NCBI RefSeq assembly: GCF_963921235.1
Contig: NC_086097.1
Span: 188,668,001-188,732,000 of the forward strand
From: Mobula hypostoma
Lineage: Eukaryota
Direction: 5' to 3'
Length of the DNA: 64,000 nucleotides
The translations under genes were made by a program, and so were the position numbers. This document shows positions 1 through 13,180 of this stretch, in pieces (position 1 is the stretch's first letter; every line of letters starts with the position of its first letter). Under the pieces are notes generated by a model. The model was not told the DNA's origin. It saw only the letters and a program-made list of their open reading frames with translations, and did not search any database.

Positions 1-887
1 CATTTCCAGCATTTTCTGGATCTGGTTTTGCTTGTGGCTCTAGCATTTTCTGCCTTTATTTCAGATTTCCAGCATCTACATATTTTTAAAAAAAGTTTTC
101 ACCTACTAACAATAAGTAATTGAATTAAGGTGCATATGCAACTTGTGAGGATGTTGCCAAGACTAAAATACTTTAGCTACAGTGTGCAGATAGAGTAGTC
201 ATCTGTGTACCAGAACAACTCACTGGTTCCACTCATCAGCTCTGTAGTCTTGCACATTTTATCTGCCAAATATCTATCCAATTCTCTTATGAAAGCAATG
301 ATCTCCACCACACTTCCAGATTCTAAATCATAGGTTGCATAAAAAAATTTCTCTTCATGTTGCTCCCTATTCTCTTTCCCCACTATGCACATCCAACCTT
401 AATTAAACCCCCAAAATAATGTATCACCTCACAATTATCAGCTTAACTTTCACCTGGCAAATGACCTCCCCCAATTAACAGCCAATCAACATCAGCAAAA
501 CCAAAAAAATGATAATGGACTACAGGAGGAAGATACCAGAAATCCACGAGCCAGTCCTCATTGGAGGAACAGAGGTGAAAATAGTCAGTAGCTTTACATC
601 CCTTGGTGTTAACATATCAGAGGATCTGTCCTGGGACCAGCACTTAAGTATCATCACAAAGAAGGCACGATAGCACCTCTATTTGTTAGAAGTTTGTCTA
701 GATTCGGCACATCATCAAAAACTTTGACAAACTTCTATAGATGCATAGTGGACAGTATCTAAATAGTTGCATTAATGGACTGGTATGAAAACACTAATGC
801 CCAGGAACTGAAAAGGCTACAGAAAGTTGTGGATACAGTTCAGTCCATCACAGGCAAGGCCCTCCCCAATATTTAGTACATTTACAT

Positions 888-966
888 CAAGAGTACCCAA
901 ACTGGGGTCCATTGACCCCTCAGTTAATGGTAGGGGTCCATGGTATGAAAGGGGTTGTGAACCCCG
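888..966. mobile_element. 79-bp hAT-type MITE
   Basis: 8-bp TSD atttacat at 880-887 and 967-974; degenerate TIRs caagagtacccaa / ttgtgaaccccg. Confidence 0.7.
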
Positions 967-999
967 ATTTACATTCAGTACTGCCACAACAAACCAGTC

Positions 1000-1535
1000 A
1001 CAGATAATTAGCACGGAAACAGGCCCTTTGGCCTATCTAGTCCATGCTGAAACCATTTAAACTGCCTACTCCCATTGACCAGCACTAGGAATATAGCCCT
1101 CTATATCCCTACTATCCATGTACATATCCAAACTTCTCTTAAACATTAAAATCAAGCTCACATGCAACACTTCCAATGGCAACTCATTCACACTCTTATG
1201 ACCTTTTGAGTGAAGAAGTTTCCCCTCATGTCCCTCTTAAACTTCCCAACTTTCACCCGTAACCCAGAGAGTGGTGAATCTGTGGAATTCTCTGCCACAG
1301 CAAACTGTTGAGGCCAGTTCATTAGCTATGTTTAAAAGGAAGTTAGATATGGCCCTTGTGGCTACAGGGGTCAGGGGGTATGGAGGGAAGGCTGGGTTCT
1401 GAGTTGGATGATCAGCCATGATCATAATAAATGGCGGTGCAGGCTCGAAGGGCCGAATGGCCTACTCCTGCACCTATTTTCTATGTTTCTATGTTTCTAA
1501 CCCATGGCCTCTGGTTGTAGTTCCACCCAACCTCA
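1000..1535 (-). mobile_element. CR1 3' fragment, interrupted by another CR1 fragment
   Basis: Reverse complement of the CR1 ORF2 end and 3' UTR; resumes after 1504. Confidence 0.7.
1267..1497 (+). mobile_element. Short 5'-truncated CR1 3' end
   Basis: RVVNLWNSLPQ motif; (tttctatg)n tail; 7-bp TSD taaccca at 1260-1266 and 1498-1504. Confidence 0.85.
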
Positions 1536-1640
1536 ATATCCATCAAAGGCTGCCACCATCCAGGTAATGCTATCTTCTTGCTACTACCATCAGGCAGAAG
1601 GTACAGAAGCTTTATATCCTACACAAGTTCAGGGACAGTT

Positions 1641-3278
1641 ATAAGACCATAAGACATAGGAGCAGAATTAAGCCATCTGGCCCATCAAGTCTGCTCCGCC
1701 ATTCAATCATGGCTGATCCTTTTGTCTCATCTCCTCCTCAACCCCAATTCCCGGCTTTCTCCCTGTAACCTTTGATGCCATGTCCAATCAAGAACTTATT
1801 AATCTCTGCCTTAAATACATCCAATGACCTGGCCTCTAGAGCTGCATGTGGCAACAAATTCCACAAATTCACCACTCTTTGGCTAAAGAAATTTCTCCAC
1901 ATATCTGTTTTGAAAGGGCGCCCCTCTATCCTGAGTCCGTGCCCTTTTGTCCTAGACTCTCCCAGCATGGGAAACATCCTTTCCACTTCTACTCTGTCTA
2001 GGCCTTTCAACATTCAAAAGGCTTCAATGAAATCCCCCCTCGTTCTTCTGAATTCCAGCGAGTACAGACCCAGAGCCATTAAACGTTCCTCATATGATAA
2101 CCTTTTCATTCCTGGAATCATCCTTGTGAACCTCCTCTAGGCCTTTTCCAATGCCACCATATCTTTTTTAAGATGAAGGGCCCAAAACTGGTCACAATAC
2201 TCAAGGTGAGCCCTCAACATCCTTATAAAACTTATAAAGCCTCAGCATCACATCCTTGCTTTTGTATTCTAGACATCATGAAATTAATGCTAACATGGCA
2301 CTTTCCCTCCTCACCACCAACTCAACCTGCAAGTTAACCTGCACAAGGACTCCCAAGACCCTTTGCATCTCAGATGCCTGGACATTCTCCCTGTTTAGAA
2401 AATAGTCTGCACATTTATTTCTACTACCAAAGTGCATGACCATGCATTTTCTAACATTATGTTTCATTTGCCACTTCCTTGCCTATTTTCCTAATCAGTC
2501 TTAGTCCTTCTACATCTTACCTGTTTCCTCAACACCCCCTGCCCCTCGACCAATCTTCCTATCATCTGCAAACTTGGCAACAAAGCCATCTATTCCATCA
2601 TCTAAATCATTTATATACAGCATAAAAAGAAGTGGTCCGAACACCGACCCCTGTGGAACACCACTAGTCACTGGCAGCCAACCAGAAAAGGATCCTTCTA
2701 TTCCCACTCGCTGCCTCCTACCAATCAGCCAATGCTCTAACCATGTTAGTAACTTTCCTGTAATACCATGGGCTCTTAACTTGGTAAGCAGCCTCATGTG
2801 TGGCTTCTGCACGTCCAAATATACAATATCCACTGCATCCCCTCTATCTACCCTATTTGTAAACTCTTCAAAGAATTCCAACAGGTTCGTCAGGCAGGAT
2901 TTTTCCTGAAGGAAAGAAACCATGCTGACCTTGTACCATCCTGTCCTGTGTCACCAAGTGCTCCATCATCTCATCCTTAACAATTGATTCCAACATCTTC
3001 CCAACCACTGAGGTCAGGCTAACTGGTCTATAATCTCCTTTCTTAAAGAGTGGAGTGACACTTTCAATTTTTCAGTCCTCTGGCACCATGCCAGTGTCAA
3101 ATGATTTTTGCAAGATCATTACTAATACCACCACAATCTCTAATACTACATCTTTTAGAACCCTAGGGTGCAGTTCCTCTGGTCTGTGTGACTTATGTAC
3201 CGTTAGGTCTTTCAGCTTTTTGCGCACCTTCTCTCTTGTAATAGTAATTGCACCCACCTCCCTTCCTTCACACACTAG
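1641..3278 (-). mobile_element. CR1 LINE, 5'-truncated and decayed
   Basis: RT motifs [26 protein letters not shown]; tail (cttatggt)n. Confidence 0.92.
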
Positions 3279-3440
3279 GATACTGTTCTCAGTATTATTT
3301 TTATTTGCACAGTTTGTCATCTTTTTCCACATTGGTTGTTTTTCAGTCTTTATATATAATTGTTTTTGTAAAACTTTACTATATTTCATTTTTCCTGAAA
3401 ATGCCTGCAAGGAATTGAATGTACATAACTTATACATATA

Positions 3441-3759
3441 AATAAAGGTATTTGTTAGTCTTGCGAGACCATGGATCAGTGCCTGGAAAGTCTTTACTCT
3501 CTAGGGCACAGGCCTGGGCAAGGTTGTATGGAAGACTAGCAGTTGCCCATGCTACAAGTCTCCCCTGTCCACAACATCAATGTTGTCCAAGGGAAAGGCA
3601 TTAGGACCCATACAGCTTGGCACCAGTGTCGTCGCAGAGCAATGTGTGATTAAGTGCCTTGCTCAAGGACACAACACGTTCCCTCGGCTGCAGCTCGAAC
3701 TCACGACCTTCAGGTAGCTAGTCCAATGACTTAACCACTTGGCCACGTGCCCACACACC
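3441..3759 (-). mobile_element. tRNA-derived SINE with CORE-like central segment
   Basis: Minus strand has A box TGGCCAAGTGG, B box GTTCGAGC and gtgtccttgagcaaggcacttaa; 13-bp TSD acttatacatata at 3428-3440 and 3760-3772. Confidence 0.85.
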
Positions 3760-4260
3760 ACTTATACATATACATAACTTGGATAATAAATTTACTTTGA
3801 ACTTTGCTCCTAAATGTACATCTACACTGTTTCTTAACTTGTACATCCACACTATGACCCAAATGGACATAGAAACCATGAGCACTACCTCACTTTTTTA
3901 AAATTAGTTTTTGCACTATTTTTAATTTAACAATTTAATGTACATATATACTTACTGTAATTGATTTACTTATTTTTTTATATTATCATGTATTGCATTG
4001 TACTGCTGCCACAAAGTTAACAAATTTCATGACATATACTGGTGATATTAAACCTGATTCTAATTCTGAATAATGGCCTAGAACACCCATTAGTGATTGT
4101 TTTGGTTATGGACCTCTCGCTACTGCACACTCTATTTGCACGTGAGGCCAAAGGCATTGGATGCAAGTGGACAGGTCTTACACACTCTTCAAATTTAAAA
4201 TCAGGTTAAAAAGGAAAAAAAAAATCTCAACATATGAGATATTGATGCCAAGGAATTCGA

Positions 4261-6150
4261 ACCATAGAACACTACAGCACAGGAAACAGGCCATTCGGCC
4301 CTTCTAGTCTGTGCCGCAACTTTATTCCGCTAGTCCCATTGACCTGCACCCAATCCATAACCCTCCGGACTTCTCCCATCCATGTATCTATCCAATTTAT
4401 TCTTAAAGCTTAAGTGTGAGACCGCATTTACCACATCAGATGGCAGCTCATTCCACAATCCCACCACTCTCTGAGTGAAGAAGTTCCCCCTAATGTTCCA
4501 TACATAGAAACACAGAAAACCTACAGGCCCTTCGGCCCACAAAGTAATGCCGAACATGTCCCTACCTTAGAAATTACTAGGCTTACCCATAGCCCTCTAT
4601 TTTTCTAAGCTCCATGTACCTATCCTAAAGTCTCTTAAAAGACCTTACAGTATCCACCTCCACCACCATTGCCGGCAGCCCATTCCATGCACTCACCACT
4701 CTCTGAGTAAAAAACTTACCCCTGACATCTCCTCTGTACCTACTCCCCAGCACCTGTGGCAACCATTTCAGCCCTGGGAAAAAGCCTCTGACTATTCACA
4801 CGATCAATGCCTCTCATCATCTTATACACCTCTATCAGGTCACCTCTCATCCTCTATCGCTCCAAGGAGAAAAGGCTAAGCTCACTCAACCTATTCTCAT
4901 AAGGCATGCTCCCCAATCCAGGCAACATCCTTGTAAATCTCCTCTGCACCCTTTCTATGGCTTCCACATCCTTCCTGTAGTGAGGCGACCAGAACGGAGC
5001 ACAGTACTCCAAGTGGGGTCTGACCAGGGTCCTATATAGCTGCAACATTACCTCTCAGCTCCTAAATTCAATTCCACGATTGATGAAGGCCAATACACCA
5101 TACGCCTTCTTAACTACTGAGTCAACTTGCGCAGCTGCTTTGAGCGTCCTATGGACTCGGGCCCCAAGATCGCTCTGATCCTCCACACAGCCAAGAGTCT
5201 TACTATTAATACTATATTCTGTCATCATATTTGACCTACTAAAATGAACCACTTCATACTTATCTAGGTTGAACTCCATCTGCCACTTCTCAGCCCAGTT
5301 TTGCATCCTATCAATGTCCCACTGTAGCCTCTGACAGCCCTCCACACTATCCACAATACCTCCATCCTTTGTATCATCAGCAAACTTACTAACCCATCCC
5401 TCCACTTCCTCATCCAGGTCATTTATAAAATTCATGAAGAGTAAGGGTCCCAGAACAGATCCCTGAGGCACTCTACTGGTGACCGACCTCCATGCAGAAT
5501 ATGGCCCGTCTACAACCGTCTACCACTCTTTGTCTTCTGTGGGCAAGCCAGTTCTGGATCCATCTGGTTCCCCCTAAACCTTTCCCCTTTCACCCTAAAG
5601 CCATATCCTCTCATATTTATCTCTCCTAATCTAAGTGCAAAGAGCCTACCCTCATACCCATCAATTTTGTAAACCTCTATCAAATCCCCCCTCATCCTTC
5701 TAGGCTCCAAGGAATAAAGTCCTAACCTGTTTAATCTTTCCCTGTAACTCAACTCCTGAAGACCCGGCAACATCCTAGTAAATCTTCTCTGCACTCTTTC
5801 AATCTTATTCATATCCTTTCTATAGTTAGATGACCAGAACTACACACAATACTCCAAATTTGGCCTCAGCAATGTCTTATATAACCTCACCATACCAACC
5901 CAACTCCTATACTCAATACTTCGATTTATGAATTCCAGGATGCCAAAAGCCTTCTTTACAACCCTGTCTACCTGTGACGCCACTTTCAGGGAACTATGTG
6001 TCTGAACTCCCAGATGCCTTTGTTCCTCCACACTCCTCAGTGCCCTACCGTTTACTGTGTATGTCCTACCTTGATTTGTCCCTCCAAAATGCAACACCTC
6101 ACACTTGTCTGCATTAAATTCCACCTACCATTTTCTGGCCCATTTTTCCT
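4261..6150 (-). mobile_element. Nested CR1s: outer copy (4261-4498 plus ~5566-6150) split by an inner copy (~4499-5565)
   Basis: Two separate 3' UTRs and a duplicated ORF2 C-terminus (RPHLEYC / RPNLEYC, VQRRFTRML); outer sequence resumes at gttcccc. Confidence 0.88.
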
Positions 6151-6259
6151 GCTCACCCTTTCAAATGCCAACCCTTTGACCCCTATGAGGGCTTGTGGGG
6201 CTATCACAACTTCCCCTTCCTTAGGTCCACAATAGATTCCTTGATTTTGCTGATAATGA

Positions 6260-7800
6260 GTGCAATGCTTTAGCTGCAACACCAGTCAACCATCCTATCC
6301 TCATTCATGCGTGCCCCTTCATTGCCATCTGAGATTTTCCCAACAACAGTGGTGTCATCTGTAAATTTAGAAATGGTGTTTGAGTTGTGTTTAGTCACAC
6401 AGTTGTGAGTGTAGAAAGAGTTGATCACAAGGATAACAACATATCCTGTGTTGATCACCTGGGAGGAGGAAATGTACTGACTGCAGCCTCCTGATGAGGA
6501 AGTCAAGGATCCAATTACAGCAATAGGTAAGTTACATCATATTAAGGTCCTTGCTCAAGCACGTGTAAATTCTAGCCAATCAACATCTCAAAATATTTCA
6601 TAATGGTCAATAGTCAATGAGGCAGCTCACCTTGCTTTTCATAGACACCAGCATGATTGCTGCCCTTTGAAGCAGAAAGAAAACTCAGACTACAGCAGTG
6701 AAAGGTTGAAGATGTCTTTGAACTTTCCAAACAGTTGGTTGGCCCCAGTTTTCAGTACTTGGCCAGATGTGAGTTTGATGTCAGTGGTGGGTAAATTGAT
6801 GGAAAGTATTCTTAGAGATGGTATATATAATTATCTGGATAGATAGGGTCTGATTAGGAACAGTCAACATGGATTTGTACGTGGAAGGTCACGTTTGACG
6901 AATCTTATTAAATTTTTTGAGCAGGTTACTAGGAAAGTTGACAAGGGTAAAGCAGTGGATGTTGTCTATAGTAAGGCCTTTGACAAGGTCCCACATGGAA
7001 GGTTGGTTAGGAAGGTTCAATCGTTAGGTATTAATATTGAAGTAGTAAAATGGATTCAGCAGTGGCTGGATGGGAGACGCCAGGGAGTGGTGGTGGATAA
7101 CTGGGGACTAGGTGAGAGTAAGAGTTCGGCATGGACTAGAAGGGCCGAGATGGCCTGTTTCCGTGCTGTAATTGTTATATGGTTATATACACCTTTGGGG
7201 CCTAGAGATTCACCATCTTGAAGGATGTTCTGACATTGACCTCCAAGACTAGGATCTCAGGGTCACTGAATACTGTATGATTTGAACAGGTGTAGTGTTA
7301 TTGTCCCTTTCAAAGCATGCATAAAAGGCATTGAGCTCATCAGGGAATGACGTATCAATGCAATATACGCTGTTTGGTTTTGTGGTACAGAAGTAATGGC
7401 ATTCAAATTCTGTCACAACTATCAAGCATCCAATTGTGTCTCTAATTTCAAACAGAATTGCTCTTTCGTTCTCACAATGACCTTTTGTAGGTCATACCTG
7501 GATTTTTATGAGATTCTGGATCACTATCTGCATAGGGCTTCTGGTTTAGGAAAACTCAGTATGTTCTCAAAGGCACACAATCATCATGCAGGTCTCTTCG
7601 TGAAGGTGGAGATGGCCATGGCATATTAGTTCAGATCCAAAGGTAAATCCCTGAATATGGTCCAGTCCACTGATTCAAAGAAGTCCTATAAGCACTCCTC
7701 CACCTTCTTTGACAATACATTCACAGTGTTCACCACTGGTGCTGCAGTCTTCTGTTTCTGCAAATGTGCCAGGAGTAGAAATACAACCAGTGTATTTTAC
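6260..7800 (-). mobile_element. Old Rex/Babar-type LINE remnant, interrupted by a CR1
   Basis: Minus strand SKFTDDTTVVG (~6350) and PDELNAFYACFE (~7300-7345). Confidence 0.65.
6772..7187 (+). mobile_element. CR1 with large internal deletion
   Basis: SQHGFVRGRS..AFDKVPHGRL..WLDGRRQGVVV joined at ~7100 directly to the 3' UTR and (ttatatgg)n tail. Confidence 0.8.
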
Positions 7801-8232
7801 TGATATCAAGTGTCCCAGTAAAAATCTGAAAACAGCATTGCATGGGGAATGATGTCATACCAGGGTCTGCTCATGCACAGAAATATCTGGTCATATTTCT
7901 GGCATGAAATGAAATGCTTCATTCCAGGGGAAAAAAAAACAATTTTCAGTTGCGTAACTGAAAGTATTTTTATGTGGATTAATTTCTCACAACTGAATAG
8001 AATTCTGATTACATGGTTTTCATTTCTTGTTTTTGAGGAACAATGCTGTACAAGAAGCAAGTTACTTATGTAGCTTGCTTAAAGGCCTTCCATCATCCCT
8101 AAGATATAAAGGTAAATCTACATTTATACTAAGGAATTTTTCTATTATACTTGTTTCATGTTTAGAGAAAGCATTTGTTTTATCATATTGCGTAATTTTA
8201 AAATTATAATCATCTAATACATCACTATTTCA

Positions 8233-8361
<129 letters not shown>

Positions 8362-8514
8362 CTAACAATATTTCATAGAATACTAAACACTGGGACTTCA
8401 GTATTTCAAGTGCAATAATTTACATTAACAATTTTTGTCACATCTAATTATTATTTAATTATTTAAAATGAATAAAAAGAAGCTAGTTCTGAAGAAAACA
8501 GAACATAAATTTAC

Positions 8515-8587
8515 CTGGCATAAATACCGGAAATGTGCTAACTTCCACCGAAAGCTACGTTCATATGCAATTTGTGGGCCCTTTGCG
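8515..8587 (-). CDS. WWP1: WWP1 coding exon 13 (pre-HECT helix)
   Basis: AKGPQIAYERSFRWKLAHFRYLCQ; 73 nt; acag / gtaaat. Confidence 0.96.
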
Positions 8588-9807
8588 CTGTGGAAATAAG
8601 TTACATTTTATTTGCAAGAGAAAGGCAAGTAGCAATGATGAATTTTGTGATGTTCTTTGAGATAAATGTTAATGTTGATCTTGAGCAATGAACTTTAAGA
8701 ATACACAACATAATATGACAACCCCTCCAAAAAATCTTATGCTTTTTCTACTATGACAGTTTTGATTATTTAAAATGCCATCACTGAAGTATTTATATTA
8801 CACTAAATATTCTCCTTGCACCAAAACATATTGCATCATGCTAAAATTCTGAATAGTATCATCAGATGAAACACCGCCTTTTAACCTACCATGTCTGTTT
8901 CAGGTTTGAGATTGGCTACCTGACTAAAGCCCAGAAAGAATTGGCTATACACACTGAGCTTGGGTTAAACTAGATGCATTTTTTGATTTATTATTTGCAA
9001 ATAATCCTATTTGCATTTGAGTTGCATCTACACTGTGATAAAAATATCAATTAGCACATGGTGACCCATGTTATGGCATTTCAGTATTTTATATGTCACG
9101 ATGATTTGCCTAGTAAGAAAGTAACATGTGGAAAGTTGAGTTTTGAGATGAATTGCATTTATTTGGCACTTCATCCTCAAACAGATCAACAGTACACTCA
9201 AGATTATTAAGGATGCGGTGACTGTCAAGTTGGATTTGGGAAAAATTCAGAATGCATAGATTCAAGTTTGGGTTGTGTGTAATTAAATCAACTTTGGATT
9301 TGGATTAAATTTTAATTTTATACACAAGCTACAAACTTCAACATGCAAAATTGCCAGCTGCAAGAAAAAAAAACTGAGGTAAAAGTGTTAAGTGGAAAGC
9401 GGCCACTAATTATTTTTGTTCCTTCATATCTTTCCCCACCATCAAGGACATACTGTGTATTCAGAAAGGTGCCAGAAAAAAGGCCAGTAACATCATGAAT
9501 GATCCCACCCACCCCACTCATGGACAGGCAGGAGGCTATGTAAGACCACCACACTCAAACAGTTACTTTCTCCAAGTACAGCTGATACACACCTCCACCC
9601 ATTAACCTAACCCTCGACACCCCCAACCACCACTAATTTATTATTTCCTGTCAGACACCTTATGTACAAACATTCCTAGGCCTAGTATCAATTTAAGGAC
9701 ATATATATATGAGCTAGCTTACATATTTATATTGCTTTCTATTATTTATTGTAGCCTTTATCTTACTGTGTTTTTTTGGGGCTGCATTGGATCCAGAGTA
9801 ACAATTA

Positions 9808-10571
9808 CAGTGAATTCCAGTCAATTAGGACATCGGTTAATCGGGACAGCTGTTTATTGGAGACAACTCTTAATGAACAAAAACTAATCAAGAAAATAGC
9901 CAGGATTCTCTTTCTTTATTTGACCTATGCCACTTAATTGGGACAGGAGACCATTCCGAACAGTTTCTAACTAGCATCAGTCGTGTGTGCTTGTGTGATT
10001 GTTAAGACACTACACCATGCTTAGAGCGAACAGTTCTTATATAGCGTCAGTTCTATCTATATGTTTACGTTCACAAAGCAGTAATTTTGTCACCAATAGC
10101 TGATGAGAAATAAATAATACGACAATTCAGAACTATTTTTCTCACTGTGGTTGCAAGCAATCAGGCTTGGAGATATCTGAAACAGCTGAGGGAAAATGAA
10201 ATGATTTCACTACTTCAACAAGTAAGGAACTACAAAGGATGCGAAGGCACAGACAATCACCTTGAACGTTACAATGAAAATAAAGGTTTGGAGAATGCAA
10301 TCATTGAAAGCATTGCATGAAGGAATCCATTAACTGCACTCCTTTTGTTCATTTACAGTCAACTTGGCAGCATACACTGGATGAATTCCTCTGCCGATAA
10401 CTATTTGGAACTAATGCACAGATTTATAGTGTTCTAATTTGTTCTGTATTTCATTTAAATACATAATTTTCACTCAGTTTGACTTTTTTTTTTATACCTC
10501 TATTTCCATGAAACTTCAGCTAATTGGGACTAATTGGGTCAAAATGTATCCCAATTAACCAGAATCTACTA
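9808..10571 (+). mobile_element. Tc1/mariner-superfamily (Tigger/pogo-like) MITE, copy A
   Basis: TA flanks; TIRs cagtgaattccagtcaattaggac / tatcccaattaaccagaatctacta; splits a LINE 3' tail; homologous to 14907-15611. Confidence 0.8.
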
Positions 10572-10655
10572 TATTTCAATCTCCTTTATACTTGTGTAAT
10601 GGAAATGACATTTAACTACGTTGTATCTTGAATCTTTGTTCAAGAATAAAACTTA

Positions 10656-10817
<162 letters not shown>

Positions 10818-11490
10818 TTAAAATGGAAACATATGTACAAAGATTAGTATAAAATAAAAACACAATATTAAATAAATGACATGGCATATTGCTTTTATGA
10901 TGAATAAACATGGAAACAACACATACACGGCCTAATTTGTCTTACAACCTTACAACCATATACATGCCTCATTACATTTCACGAGTTTCTTTCTCCCAAA
11001 TATTCTCTTTTTTAAATCAGTTCTTGCTTTCAACAATCTCAGTCAGGCTATTTTGCACAATTAAAATTCAACTCAAAGAAACTGAGCAGCGAGCAATGTC
11101 TCCTATAATGCTCTAGCTCACATGCAATTTGATGTTGAAAAATTTGTTTATATATTTCAAAATATTGAGAGCAAAATGTATATAGGTTTTGAGATTCTTT
11201 TGTGATTAATACCAAAAAATTTAATACCATTGAATTCACTTACATACTCTACCAATTATCCCAGGACAATCAACCACGAGAAATCAGCGAGTTAGCTCAT
11301 TTTTTATGATTGTTTAGTGGGATGCATCAATTCACTCTAATAGCATAATTCTTTAAAGTTCAGAACAAAATCCCACTCTTGAAGTATTCAAATGGCATCC
11401 AAATGTCTCCAATATAGCATACAGGATTCATAAAAAATGCTGAATATATTGTTGTTTCAATTGTGCTTAAGGAATCCACAGATCTTCTTA

Positions 11491-11715
<225 letters not shown>

Positions 11716-11722
11716 TTATTTA

Positions 11723-13178
11723 TAGTGGTGTTAGAAAGTTTATGAACCCAGTAGAATTTTCTCTATTTCTGCATAAGTATGACCTAAAATGTGATCAGAA
11801 CTTCATGCAATTCCTAAGACTAGATAAAAGGAATCTAATTAAATAAATAACAAAACTATTTTACTTGTTCATTTATTTGTGAAAAATAATCCAATATTAC
11901 ACGTATTTGTTGGAAAAAGTATGTGAACCTTTGCTTTCAGTAACTGGTGTGACCCCTTGTACAGCTATAACTTCAACCAAATGGTTCCGGTAATTGTTGA
12001 TCAGTCCTGCATATCAGCTTGGTTGAATTTTAGACGATTCCTCCTTATAAAACTGCTTCTCTATAGGATTAAGGTCAGGACTTTGACTTAGCCATTCCAA
12101 AGCATGAATTTCCATCTTTTTAAACCATTCTGTTGTTGATTTACTCTTGCCTTTTGGATCACTGTTTTGTTGCATTACTCAACTTCTGTTACACTTCAGG
12201 TGACAGAATGCTACCCTGACATTCTCCTGTAAAATGTCTTGATACAATTTTGAATTCATTGTTCCCTCAACAATTGCAAGCTGCCCAGGCCCTGAGGCAG
12301 CAAAGCAGCTCCAAACTATGATGCTCCTTTCACCATGCTTCACAACTGGAACGAGGTTTTGGTGTTGGTGTGCAGTACCCTTTTCCCTCTAAACATAGCA
12401 ATGTACATTTTTGCCAAGAAGTTCAACTTTTGCCTCATCTGTCCACAGAACATTGTCCCAGAAGATTTAAGTAGTCTTTCACAAACGTGAGAAGTGCAGC
12501 AATATGTTTTTGGAGCGCAATGGTTTCCTCTGCATCCTTCCATGAACACTATTCTTGTTCAGTGTTCTTCTTATACTGGACACATAAACAGAGAAGTTAG
12601 CAAGTTCTACAGATTTCAGAAGGTCTTTGCTGTTACCCTTTGGTTCTTTTTCACTTCCTTCAGCATTGCACGTTGTGCTCTTGGTGTGATCTTTGAAGGA
12701 TGCCAACTCCTACTTAAAGAGTGGCAACAGTACTGAGTTTCCTCCATTTGTAGATAATTTCTCTTACTATAGACTGATGAACACTCAGAGATGCTCTTGT
12801 AGCCTTTTCCAGCTTGATGCATCTCTCCAATTGTTCTTCTCAGGTGGTCTGAAGGTGGTTTTGCTTGAGGCTTGGTGCACATAAACACATCTTTCTTCAG
12901 AAACGCAGGCTCTGTCAGTAACCTGACTTTGTGTGTCTTTTTTACCAGGCAGGACACCCCTACAACCCACAGCTCCAATCTCATTTCGTGGATTGGAATA
13001 TCTGAAGACGGCATTATCCCAGAAGTTCATATTCTTTTTCCAACAAATACATGTAATATTGGATCATTTTTCTCAATAAATAAATGAACAAGTATAATGT
13101 TTTTGTGTTACTTACTTAAGTGGGTTCCCTTTATCTAGTTCTAGGGCTTACATGAAGATCTGAACACATTTGAATTTA
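11723..13178 (-). mobile_element. Tc1-like transposon 1 (long TIRs, dead transposase)
   Basis: ~200-bp TIRs; minus strand [35 protein letters not shown]; right TIR cut short by element 2. Confidence 0.9.
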
Positions 13179-13180
13179 TA

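Larger units (their letters stand above)
489..1640 (+). mobile_element. Decayed Rex/Babar-type LINE 3' portion, host to nested insertions
   Basis: Degenerate SKTKxMIMDYRR, FLGVNISEDLSW, KTLTNFYRC and LLPSGRRYRS motifs, similar to the better-preserved copy at 27607-28830. Confidence 0.7.

Noticed and set aside
3680..3752. tRNA gene
   Set aside because: The A and B boxes belong to the head of a TSD-flanked SINE; no complete cloverleaf is evident.
6626..6700. GCAAG|gtgag donor-like site as the next HECT exon
   Set aside because: The upstream sequence does not encode the expected IM..KPYDLRRRL..GEEGLDYGG; that exon must lie left of the window.
8055..8080. 11-bp stem-loop aagcaagttac-ttat-gtagcttgctt
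   Set aside because: Short enough to arise by chance, with no supporting context.
8634..8700. ATGATGA box C-like motif suggesting a C/D snoRNA
   Set aside because: It is antisense to the host transcript and has no CTGA box D or terminal stem.
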